Positions 16,082 through 24,015 of a stretch of 32,000 nucleotides of DNA are shown piece after piece (positions within the stretch are counted from its first letter, which is position 1; every line of letters begins with the position of its first letter). Position numbers and translations under genes: made by a program. The stretch comes from Candidatus Methanoperedens sp. Lineage in GTDB: Archaea; Halobacteriota; Methanosarcinia; Methanosarcinales; Methanoperedenaceae. The stretch covers positions 120,001-152,000 of the forward strand of contig JBGQBI010000002.1 in assembly GCA_041494705.1 (NCBI GenBank), given 5' to 3'. The notes under the pieces were generated by a model that saw only the letters and a program-made list of their open reading frames with translations, searched no databases and was not told the origin of the DNA.

Positions 16082-16888
16082 ATGATAATCGGGACTTTAG
16101 GGCCGCAGGGCTCTTTCTCGGAAAAAGCCGCAAGACAATGGAATGACAGGGCGGAATTGCGATATTACGATGATATATTCGATACAGTGGACGCCATCTT
16201 GCGCAAAGAAGTGGATTACAGCATCGTGCCGGTAGAAAATTCCATCGAAGGGTCTGTAACGGTAACGCTTGACATTCTTATGGAACAACAGTTGAAAATC
16301 TCAGGCGAGGTTATAGTCCAGATAGAACACTGTCTTCTTTCAAAAGGAAAACGCGGCGAAATCAAAAGAATCATGTCCATTCCCCAGGCTTTATCACAGT
16401 GCAGGAAATACATTAAAAAGAATTTCAATAATATAGAGGTGCACTCAACCCTTAGCACATCGCAGGCAGCAAAGCTTGCACTGGAATCAAAGGAGTTCGC
16501 TGCCATTGCATCGAGGGAATCTGCCAGGACGTATGGGCTGGATATACTGGATGAGAACATACAGGACGCTAACGAGAACTTCACCCGCTTTATCGTAATA
16601 GGGAGAACTACTCCGAAGCCTACATGCAATGATAAGACCTCAATCATAGTGTATCTTGAGAAAAACAGGCCTGGAGCGCTTTACGAGATTCTCGGGGAAT
16701 TTGCAAACCGGAGAATCGACCTGACAAAGATAGAATCGCGGCCAACGAAAAAAGTCCTCGGGGATTATCTTTTTTATATTGACCTGAAAGGACATATCGA
16801 TGACAGGATAATAAAAGACGCTCTTGATATAATAAAGAATAAAGTGGGGATGCTCAAAATACTGGGTTCTTACCCGGTGGCAAAGTAA
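16082..16888 (+). CDS. pheA: Prephenate dehydratase
   Basis: 268 aa with a PDT domain (GPQGSFSE…, TRF) and a C-terminal ACT domain containing the ESRPTKK motif. Confidence 0.9.
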   Translation: MIIGTLGPQGSFSEKAARQWNDRAELRYYDDIFDTVDAILRKEVDYSIVPVENSIEGSVTVTLDILMEQQLKISGEVIVQIEHCLLSKGKRGEIKRIMSIPQALSQCRKYIKKNFNNIEVHSTLSTSQAAKLALESKEFAAIASRESARTYGLDILDENIQDANENFTRFIVIGRTTPKPTCNDKTSIIVYLEKNRPGALYEILGEFANRRIDLTKIESRPTKKVLGDYLFYIDLKGHIDDRIIKDALDIIKNKVGMLKILGSYPVAK

Positions 16889-16915
16889 TCAACGAAAAGT
16901 TTTATCACTTATTAA

Positions 16916-16946
16916 ACTCATTATTGAGTAGCATCTCAAAAATGAG
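16916..16946 (+). promoter_or_regulatory. Two tandem CTCA-N4-TGAG palindromes upstream of rbkR/ribK (candidate operator)
   Basis: The palindromes are ACTCA-ttat-TGAGT (16916-16929) and CTCA-aaaa-TGAG (16935-16946). They sit between an AT-rich TATA-like tract (16900-16915) and the ATG at 16953. Confidence 0.3.
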
Positions 16947-16952
16947 TGGTCT

Positions 16953-17600
16953 ATGGATATAATTTCTTTAAAAAAACTTGCGCTTCTCGGCGCGCACAAT
17001 AAACCTCTGGAATTATCTTCGGTTGAATTTGCATCATATATGGATTCAAGCCAGCAGACAGCATCGAGAAAGCTTAAAAGCCTTGAGGATGAGAACCTCA
17101 TATCAAGGCAGATTTTACCGGACGGGCAGTTGATTTCCATAACAAAAAACGGTCTTCTTGCCCTGCAAAAAGAATTGTATGACTACCAGGAGATATTCTC
17201 CGGGAATGGAAGCAATAAAATCCTCTCCGGAAAGGTAATCACGGGGCTGGGTGAAGGCCAGTATTATATTTCACTTGAGGGTTACAGGAAACAATTCAGG
17301 GAAAAACTCGGGTTTGACCCCTATCCCGGCACATTGAATATCAAACTTGACACGCAGAGCATTGAGCTTCGAAAAAGAATTACCGGGCATATCAATATTT
17401 CAGGATTTACAGACGAGAACAGGACATTCGGGAAAGGCTCCTGTTTTAATGTCAGGATATCCGATGTTGAAGGAGCGGTAATCACCCCTGAAAGGACGCA
17501 TTATCCTGAAGATATAATAGAAATAATCGCTCCTGTGAACCTTCGAAATCATCTGGATATCAGGGATGGGAGCGTAGTCCATGTGGAGGTCATTAAATGA
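16953..17600 (+). CDS. ribK: CTP-dependent riboflavin kinase fused to an N-terminal winged-helix domain (RbkR-type)
   Basis: The C-terminal ~130 aa match archaeal RibK (GLGEGQYYI, PYPGTLNIKL, GAVI.PERTHYP). The N-terminal ~80 aa look like a wHTH (SSVEFASYMDSSQQTASRKLKSLEDENLISR). ATGA overlap with ribB. Confidence 0.85.
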   Translation: MDIISLKKLALLGAHNKPLELSSVEFASYMDSSQQTASRKLKSLEDENLISRQILPDGQLISITKNGLLALQKELYDYQEIFSGNGSNKILSGKVITGLGEGQYYISLEGYRKQFREKLGFDPYPGTLNIKLDTQSIELRKRITGHINISGFTDENRTFGKGSCFNVRISDVEGAVITPERTHYPEDIIEIIAPVNLRNHLDIRDGSVVHVEVIK

Positions 17601-18268
17601 GCCTTAAAGAAGCAATCAACGCGATATGCAAAGGCAAAATGATATTGCTGTATGATGCTGATGACAGGGAAGGCGAGACCGACCTCGTAATCCCGGCGAT
17701 TTCCATCACTCCTGCCGACGTTGCCCGAATGCGGCGGGATGGCGGCGGACTGATTTGCGTTGCAATTCACGACAGCGTTGCCGAAAAGCTTGGATTGCCT
17801 TTTATATCTGATGTCTTAAGAAGCATCTCATTAAATGGAAACAAGGCTTTGCGCACGCTGGTTGAAAAGAAAGGTGATATCCCTTATGATTCAAGGTCGT
17901 CTTTTTCATTATGGGTCAACCACAGGAACACGTTTACAGGAATAACCGATAACGATAGGGCTCTTACCATCAAAAAGATAGGTGAAACCGTGCAACGGGT
18001 TTTAAACGGGGAAAGGATTGATTTTGGTGAGGAATTCAGGTCACCGGGGCATGTCGCCCTGCTTCGGGCAGCGTCGGGTCTTTTAAATGAAAGACGCGGG
18101 CAGACAGAATTATCCATAGAACTGGCATTAAAAGCAGGGATAAACCCTTCTATGGTAGTATGCGAGATGCTTGATGAAAAAACCGGGAAAGCTCTTTCAA
18201 AAGAGGATGCCAGGAAATATTCCCTCAAGAACAATATGCCTTTCATAGAAGGAAAGAACATTGTATAA
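17597..18268 (+). CDS. ribB: 3,4-dihydroxy-2-butanone-4-phosphate synthase
   Basis: Carries DADDREGETDLV, SPGHV and RRGQTE motifs. At 223 aa the length is typical of archaeal RibB. Confidence 0.92.
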   Translation: MSLKEAINAICKGKMILLYDADDREGETDLVIPAISITPADVARMRRDGGGLICVAIHDSVAEKLGLPFISDVLRSISLNGNKALRTLVEKKGDIPYDSRSSFSLWVNHRNTFTGITDNDRALTIKKIGETVQRVLNGERIDFGEEFRSPGHVALLRAASGLLNERRGQTELSIELALKAGINPSMVVCEMLDEKTGKALSKEDARKYSLKNNMPFIEGKNIV

Positions 18269-18295
18269 ATATATGGGAATGTTAATTAAACATCA

Positions 18296-18718
18296 TCAGC
18301 GTAAACGCCGCCGTTGAGATTGTGGTTGAGGTTGAATGGTGGTTTCAATAAGTTTTTGGGCTTTCATGTCCCATTTGTTATCTAAAATAGCTGATTTTAT
18401 AGTTCCATTTTCCATGGAAATCACAGCAGTATGATTTGTAATCACAGGATTTAAAATAGCATTTATTCTATCGCCATATCCGGAATTCCTGCTCTGGTAT
18501 TCAAAATAGAATTCCCATCGATATTTAGCGGATGTTTTCGTTTCATTTAATTTAAATGTTTCAGGGATTCCGTCAAATTTATAGGTTGCTTCATTTTTTA
18601 TAAAATTCGTAGCGATTAAAGCGTTTCCTTCTTTTGTGTAGTTAAGTGTAAAAAAAGCTATTGTTAATGCAAATAATAAAAATATTACGATTGCTGCTAT
18701 TAGCTTTTTTCTTTTCAT
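18296..18718 (-). CDS. N-terminally anchored or secreted hypothetical protein
   Basis: MKRKK is followed by a hydrophobic helix. The gene is low in G+C, has a Q/P/R-rich C-terminus, and I recognise no family. Confidence 0.55.
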   Translation of the reverse strand: MKRKKLIAAIVIFLLFALTIAFFTLNYTKEGNALIATNFIKNEATYKFDGIPETFKLNETKTSAKYRWEFYFEYQSRNSGYGDRINAILNPVITNHTAVISMENGTIKSAILDNKWDMKAQKLIETTIQPQPQSQRRRLR

Positions 18719-18760
18719 GCAGCTTCACATTAACTTATTCCCCACTCCCTCAGGAAAAGA

Positions 18761-19135
18761 TTATTTTGCCAATTCTTTCAGGCGTTTGATGCTTGCCATC
18801 ATGGCCTGCGATTCTTTTTTCTTCTGGTTTTCAAGATGCTCAATGATTGAATCGATATTTGTTTTGAGCTGGTATATCTTATACGGCCTTCCTTTTCCAG
18901 GTTTTTTCTCTTCCCTTTCTGCAATCCAGCCGAGTTCTTCCAGTTCACGCATGGCGATACTGACCTCCGGCTGTCTCAAATCCGAACCCATTTCAAGGTC
19001 CCTGGAAGTTACATCTTTAACGTTTTTTAAATATGTAAGCACTTTTGCTACGTTTCTCTTTAATCCCAATTCGATAAGCGTGTCCGCAAATTCCTCGTCG
19101 GCTTTGTCGAGCACATTGACTGAAAGACTTTTCAT
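18761..19135 (-). CDS. Small winged-helix transcriptional regulator (ArsR/TrmB-like)
   Basis: 124 aa with an HTH-like core VTSRDLEMGSDLRQPEVSIAMRELEELGWI, a wing KGRPYKIY, and a coiled C-terminus. Confidence 0.7.
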   Translation of the reverse strand: MKSLSVNVLDKADEEFADTLIELGLKRNVAKVLTYLKNVKDVTSRDLEMGSDLRQPEVSIAMRELEELGWIAEREEKKPGKGRPYKIYQLKTNIDSIIEHLENQKKKESQAMMASIKRLKELAK

Positions 19136-19325
19136 ATTATTTCACCCTTCTTCTTTAAATGTATTCATTAAATATAAATCTTACGTTTTAATATAAATTG
19201 AAAAAGAAAAGTCTTTATAATCAAAACTTTTAGAAAATTGATTCATTACATTTCACTACGAACGTGGAGACAATGACCATCAAAACGCATATATGATAGT
19301 TTTTCCCTATGAGACTGGGATTCTC

Positions 19326-20198
19326 ATGGATTTAGTAATCTATTTCAATGGAAAATTTGTGCCAAAAAACGAGGCAAGAACCTCAATATACGACCACGGT
19401 TTCTTGTATGGCGATGGTGTTTTTGAAGGTATAAGGGCATATAACGGCCGGATATTCAGGCTCGATGGGCATCTTGACAGGATGTATGATTCCGCAAAAG
19501 CGATTGACTTGAAAATCCCTCTCTCAAAGGAGGAGATGAAGAAAGCAATTATAGAGACGCTCAAAAGGAACAAACTGGAAGACGCCTATATCCGACCCAT
19601 CGTTTCACGGGGCGACGGAGACCTGGGTCTTGACCCCAGGAAATGTCCCAAACCCAATGTGTTCATTATCACACAGGAATGGGGCGCAATGTACGGCGAC
19701 CTTTATGAAAAAGGTCTTACGGCGATTACGGTAGGTGTGAGGAGAAATGCGCCTGAAGCCCTGCCGCCAAACATAAAATCATTAAATTATCTCAATAACA
19801 TACTCGCCAAGATAGAAGCGAATGCAAAAGGCGGCGATGAAGCGATAATGTTTGACGTTCACGGTAATCTTTCTGAAGGTTCCGGGGATAATATTTTTGT
19901 CGTAAAGAACGGCAGGATTATCACCCCTCCCACACTTAACAACCTCAGGGGAATAACAAGGGCTGCGGCAATAGAACTTGCCAGAAAAGAAGGGATAGAA
20001 GTATCAGAGATAAACATGGGCTTGTTCGATATTTATACGGCAGATGAGGTTTTTGTAACCGGCACGGCGGCGGAAATAGCCCCGATTACCAGAATCGACG
20101 GTCGTTTGATCGCTGATGGAAAACCCGGCAATATTACAAAAAAGTTAATGGCTGCCTTCAAGGAATTAACAAAAACTGAAGGCACACCCATTAAGTAA
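19326..20198 (+). CDS. ilvE: Branched-chain amino-acid aminotransferase (class IV)
   Basis: Carries [36 protein letters not shown] and EGSGDNIF motifs. The ATG at 19326 ([12 protein letters not shown]) matches family N-termini better than the one at 19293. Confidence 0.92.
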   Translation: MDLVIYFNGKFVPKNEARTSIYDHGFLYGDGVFEGIRAYNGRIFRLDGHLDRMYDSAKAIDLKIPLSKEEMKKAIIETLKRNKLEDAYIRPIVSRGDGDLGLDPRKCPKPNVFIITQEWGAMYGDLYEKGLTAITVGVRRNAPEALPPNIKSLNYLNNILAKIEANAKGGDEAIMFDVHGNLSEGSGDNIFVVKNGRIITPPTLNNLRGITRAAAIELARKEGIEVSEINMGLFDIYTADEVFVTGTAAEIAPITRIDGRLIADGKPGNITKKLMAAFKELTKTEGTPIK

Positions 20199-20200
20199 TA

Positions 20201-20407
20201 TCACAATTCCCTGACAACGTGAATATTTGAGAACGGTATATAGTGTTTCTTTCCTGCATGTTCTCCTTCAAGCGGGAAGAATACCAGATACTGGTCATTA
20301 TGTTTTATTTCTATGACGTTTGAACTTGTGACCCACTGGTCAAATGTGGGTTTCCCGTCTTCGCTAATATATCTTCTGGATTCAATAACGTATTTTCTTT
20401 CTGGCAT
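20201..20407 (-). CDS. Small hypothetical protein (68 aa)
   Basis: GAGGAGG lies upstream of the ATG at 20407. I recognise no family. It converges on ilvE with a 2-nt gap. Confidence 0.4.
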   Translation of the reverse strand: MPERKYVIESRRYISEDGKPTFDQWVTSSNVIEIKHNDQYLVFFPLEGEHAGKKHYIPFSNIHVVREL

Positions 20408-20496
20408 AATTGCCTCCTCTTATAACAATTTCCTCTTATAACAAATCTGTATATGATGGTATTTCAATCTTACTGAAAGGCAAAAATAAAATCGCT

Positions 20497-21306
20497 TTAG
20501 ACGACCCGAACCTGTGCCGCCACGATTATAGCAATGGTGAGAGTGAATATAAATATATCAGGAGCGCCTATTTTTTTCCTGCCCACATACACATGCGCGT
20601 CAGCGTTATAACCCCGGCACAGCATACTCTGGTAAGTCCGCTCCCCCTGTTCGTATGAGCGGACAAAAAGGGAGCTGATAGTGTAGCCAATCTGTTCAAG
20701 AGTCCATTTTCTTGGTACATTCTTATTCCATATCTCAAAACACCGTGTTTTCTGGGCGGTTCTTATCCTCCCAAGCATATTCCAGAAAACAAAAAGGTAG
20801 CGCACCATCATGGTAAAAAGAAGAGCGAGTTCCTTTGGCAGCCCCAGTCGCCGTGCCGAAGAGACAAGCTCGCTCATAGGAATGGTTGACGATAGAAGTA
20901 TGACTGCGCTTATGCATACAAGGAATTTTGCAAAGATGATAATCCCAAAAAGCGCACCTTCGCGGCTAACCTCAATTCCCAGCGGCAGATTGTACAATAT
21001 TGTAAAATTTTGTATGAATGGCTGTTTCAGGAATGGCTGGAATGCTGCAATACCCAGGCCGAAAGGAAGCGCAATCGCAAACCGCATTGCAAGGTATGAG
21101 AAATCAAGTCTGGCAAAAATCATGAGTATGACAATATACCCCTCAAGCAAACCAAGTTTAATCAAATCAAGAGAATCCACGCGGGGAAGAGCTATTGCAT
21201 ATATTATAATTGCAAAAGTCATGAGGATTTTAATCCTGCCATCTATACGATGGATATGAGATTTCCTGTAGGTCTCACGCTCAAATTCCGTGATGGACAT
21301 ATGCAT
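20497..21306 (-). CDS. cbiQ: ECF transporter transmembrane (T) component, CbiQ/NikQ
   Basis: Polytopic protein with the conserved ARG-type loop region (…TAQKTRCF…). Its start directly abuts the cbiO stop. Confidence 0.85.
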   Translation of the reverse strand: MHMSITEFERETYRKSHIHRIDGRIKILMTFAIIIYAIALPRVDSLDLIKLGLLEGYIVILMIFARLDFSYLAMRFAIALPFGLGIAAFQPFLKQPFIQNFTILYNLPLGIEVSREGALFGIIIFAKFLVCISAVILLSSTIPMSELVSSARRLGLPKELALLFTMMVRYLFVFWNMLGRIRTAQKTRCFEIWNKNVPRKWTLEQIGYTISSLFVRSYEQGERTYQSMLCRGYNADAHVYVGRKKIGAPDIFIFTLTIAIIVAAQVRVV

Positions 21307-22131
21307 TTATTTCACGACCCGCAGGAGCTCATCTCTTGCCTCTTCCAGCGTGAATTTGACACCAACAGGCACACCTTCCTCCTGCAGCATCTCCATGAGC
21401 TGGGCTACAATGGGCAGGCGCAGGTGAGTTTTTTTGATGAGTTCAGGTGATGAGAATATCTCAAGAGGCGTTCCATCGCCGATTATTTTACCCCTTGACA
21501 TTATGCATACACGGTCTGAAAGCAGCGGCACTATGTCCACTTCATGCGTTGCCGTTATGATGGTTATCCCGAGGTACCTGTTCATTTCATTTATAAGCTT
21601 TATGAGGCGCATCGCACCGCCCGGGTCAAGTCCTGCTGTGGGTTCATCCAGCACGAGCACCTCAGGACGCATTGCAAGTATGCCTGCTATGGCGACTTTC
21701 TTTTTCTCGCCTGTGCTCAGGTGGTGCGGCGCCCTTTCTTCAAAGCCTGTGAGCCGCACGGTTTCAAGCGATTCCCGTACCCGTTTTTCGATTTCATCCG
21801 GGCTTAAACCCAGGTTCATTGGTCCAAAAGCCACATCCTGTTTGACAGTCGGCGCAAATATCTGGTCATCCGGGTCCTGGAATACGACGCCAACGGTCCG
21901 CCTTACTTCAAGGATGTTCTTGCTGCTTATCGACTCGCCTTTTATCAGGACATCGCCGCTTGTCGGTTTGAGTATCCCGTTAAAATGCTTGAAAAGTGTG
22001 GATTTCCCTGCGCCGTTCGCTCCTATTATGGCGATCCGTTCACCAGGTTTTGCGCTGAAGTTGATGCCATCCAGAGCTTTTATTTTTCCCCTGTATACAT
22101 GTTCAAGATTGAGTGTTTCGATTATGTTCAT
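21307..22131 (-). CDS. cbiO: ECF transporter ATPase, CbiO/NikO
   Basis: Walker A GANGAGKST, signature LSTGEKKKV, Walker B VLVLDEPT. The ATG at 22131 (MNIIETLNLEHVY) is preferred, because the track start at 22164 is a TTG lying inside cbiM. Confidence 0.92.
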   Translation of the reverse strand: MNIIETLNLEHVYRGKIKALDGINFSAKPGERIAIIGANGAGKSTLFKHFNGILKPTSGDVLIKGESISSKNILEVRRTVGVVFQDPDDQIFAPTVKQDVAFGPMNLGLSPDEIEKRVRESLETVRLTGFEERAPHHLSTGEKKKVAIAGILAMRPEVLVLDEPTAGLDPGGAMRLIKLINEMNRYLGITIITATHEVDIVPLLSDRVCIMSRGKIIGDGTPLEIFSSPELIKKTHLRLPIVAQLMEMLQEEGVPVGVKFTLEEARDELLRVVK

Positions 22132-22132
22132 G

Positions 22133-23059
22133 CTAAACCTTTTTAATGAGCTTTGCAGCACCAAGCCATACTAAAATTATTGCCGCAAATCCGATGATAA
22201 TAGCAGCCACTTTTCCCATCTCTCCCATACCCGGTATGGAGTAATTTGAGAAGAGAGGCGCTATTGCGCTGTTTATTTGATGTTTCATGACCAGGTTTGC
22301 GGTTTGCCCGAGACCGTCCGGATTGGCGGAGGTTAGGAACGGCGCTGCAATAGCAAGCCCGAATAAAGCAACAATTCCGGCAGCAACAACCTTTATGGTG
22401 CTGACTTTTTTGGGTGCGTCTTCTTCAACTATGTCTGGGCGCGCTTTTATTATAGCGCCAAATACTATGACCGTAATAAGCCCTTCCCCTATCCCTGCCA
22501 CGCCCTGGAATGTGCCCATAAGGAGCGCACCCTGTTTTAGCGGGAATGTACCGGCGAACCATAACTCAAATGCAAGGGCGATAGCAGGTAAAATCATGCT
22601 GAGCCAGGCACCTGCAAATATTGCAATCGGACGCTTTATTGATAATTTGCTTAAACCTATATAGCTATAATATCCAATGAAACCTGCGATAATCCCCATG
22701 TTCATTATATTCGCCCCCATTGCAGTTATCCCGCCATCCCCGAAAAGGGACTGGACTGCGAGCACAAGCGTTATCAAGAGGACTGCAGCCCACGGGCTTG
22801 CGAATATTATTGCAGCAAGCGCCGCTCCCACCACATGCCAGCTTACTCCTGTAAGCATAGGTACAGGCAAGAGCAGGTTGGCCGCTATATTAATCGTCTG
22901 CAGGACGAACATGCCTGCCGCAAGGACGCCGAAGAGCGGTACCATGTTCTCATCAAGGTCCTCCCGTGCCCATTTTATCGACCTTGCGATAAATAATATT
23001 GCGATTATCCAGTAGACTGCAGCCTGTTCCAATGGGATATAACCGTCAGGGATATGCAT
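22133..23059 (-). CDS. cbiM: Ni/Co ECF substrate-capture component CbiM/NikM fused to a PDGLE-type C-terminal domain
   Basis: The N-terminus MHIPDGY supplies the metal-ligating N-terminal Met-His. About 220 aa of CbiM membrane core follow, then an extra ~90 aa containing NPDGLG and a terminal TM helix in place of a separate CbiN. Confidence 0.9.
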   Translation of the reverse strand: MHIPDGYIPLEQAAVYWIIAILFIARSIKWAREDLDENMVPLFGVLAAGMFVLQTINIAANLLLPVPMLTGVSWHVVGAALAAIIFASPWAAVLLITLVLAVQSLFGDGGITAMGANIMNMGIIAGFIGYYSYIGLSKLSIKRPIAIFAGAWLSMILPAIALAFELWFAGTFPLKQGALLMGTFQGVAGIGEGLITVIVFGAIIKARPDIVEEDAPKKVSTIKVVAAGIVALFGLAIAAPFLTSANPDGLGQTANLVMKHQINSAIAPLFSNYSIPGMGEMGKVAAIIIGFAAIILVWLGAAKLIKKV

Positions 23060-23146
23060 ATTTTATACCTCTTTGAATAATATTTCGTAACAGTTCTATT
23101 TAACCTAGTATATAGTATGACAGTTTTATAATACAATACATCTTCA

Positions 23147-23174
23147 GTGTTACGAAGATTAACTTCTGTAGCAA
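23147..23174. promoter_or_regulatory. Candidate NikR box upstream of cbiM
   Basis: The site is GTGTTAC (23147-23153), a 14-nt spacer, then GTAGCAA (23168-23174). As I recall it, the published non-enterobacterial NikR signal is GTGTTAC-N13/14-GTAACAC; the second half-site here matches 5/7. It lies about 90-115 nt upstream of the cbiM ATG. Confidence 0.35.
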
Positions 23175-23289
23175 AAGTATGAATAATCATTAAGGTTTAA
23201 ATAACTTGTGGTTAATTAATTGTTAAATAACTATAAAATTACTATAATCTTAAAACCCTTAATATTTAATAAAAAGCGTGAGGGACGAA

Positions 23290-23712
23290 TTACACTTCTT
23301 GCCCCGGGCGTATTGTCGTCAGTTTCACGTTCTTTACGCCTTTCAGCGCCATGACCCGTTCAGCTATAGCTCTTACATCCTTTCCCTCTCCCTGTAGTAG
23401 GAGAACTTCCATACATTCATCATGACTTATGTGGACATGTACAGCTGACCTTGTAATAGTGGTAAACTCATGCTCTAAGTCCAGTAGCGAGGTAACTAGC
23501 CCTCGCTGGGAATGATCATAAGTCATGGATAGAATACCAATTCGCTCGCCTTCAACCTCGCTAATCCAATCGTAGTAACGGATATAGCTTCTTATTGCGT
23601 CGCGTATGCCCTCAGAGCGCGATGAATAACCTCTTTTTGTTATTATTTCATCGAATTTTCCAAGCAGGTTCTCGGGAAGAGAAACGCCAATTCTTGACAA
23701 GTCTTGCTCCAT
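23290..23712 (-). CDS. nikR: Nickel-responsive regulator NikR
   Basis: N-terminal ribbon-helix-helix (RIGVSLPENLLGKFDEII…RSEGIRDAIR) plus a C-terminal ACT-like metal-binding domain with His/Cys ligand positions (HVHISHDECMEV). Confidence 0.9.
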   Translation of the reverse strand: MEQDLSRIGVSLPENLLGKFDEIITKRGYSSRSEGIRDAIRSYIRYYDWISEVEGERIGILSMTYDHSQRGLVTSLLDLEHEFTTITRSAVHVHISHDECMEVLLLQGEGKDVRAIAERVMALKGVKNVKLTTIRPGQEV

Positions 23713-23828
23713 ATAAAGTCTCCGTTGTCAAGAATTGAAGTAGTCCAGTATAATCTTTTGCATTTTTTGCAAGACTGAAGATAAAAAATGTAAATAATTT
23801 CAAATCAACATATTGTAAAGATAATGAA

Positions 23829-23865
23829 CCCACTCCCCAACCCGCCCCAACCTGCTCCTTCCCCC
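23829..23865 (-). other. Canonical G-quadruplex motif on the - strand (C-rich i-motif on the + strand)
   Basis: The + strand reads CCC-act-CCCC-aa-CCC-g-CCCC-aacctgctcctt-CCCCC. The first four tracts satisfy (G3+ N1-7)x4 on the - strand. The tract is bracketed by a 7-bp inverted repeat, atgaacc (23824-23830)/ggttcat (23874-23880). Confidence 0.5.
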
Positions 23866-24015
23866 TTTCAGTTGGTTCATCATCTACATTAACCTTTATA
23901 GTAGCACTAATAAAAACTATGTTGTGAAAAAATTATCACCAGGATAACACTAATATTGCCGAAATGTGAAAAGATTTATTAGAAAGCAACCCAGTGATAC
24001 TATGGTAGTACTATT

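Noticed and set aside
21434-22174. A 246-aa ORF on the + strand, with other long antisense ORFs at 9469..10131, 10070..10756, 27809..28360, 6355..7132, 13759..14248 and 18717..19196
   Set aside because: All lie entirely antisense to genes with strong family signatures (cbiO, polD, DUF116, hisD, amt, the wHTH regulator). Their translations are low-complexity, Ser/Arg/Pro-rich, and carry no motifs. These are typical shadow ORFs.
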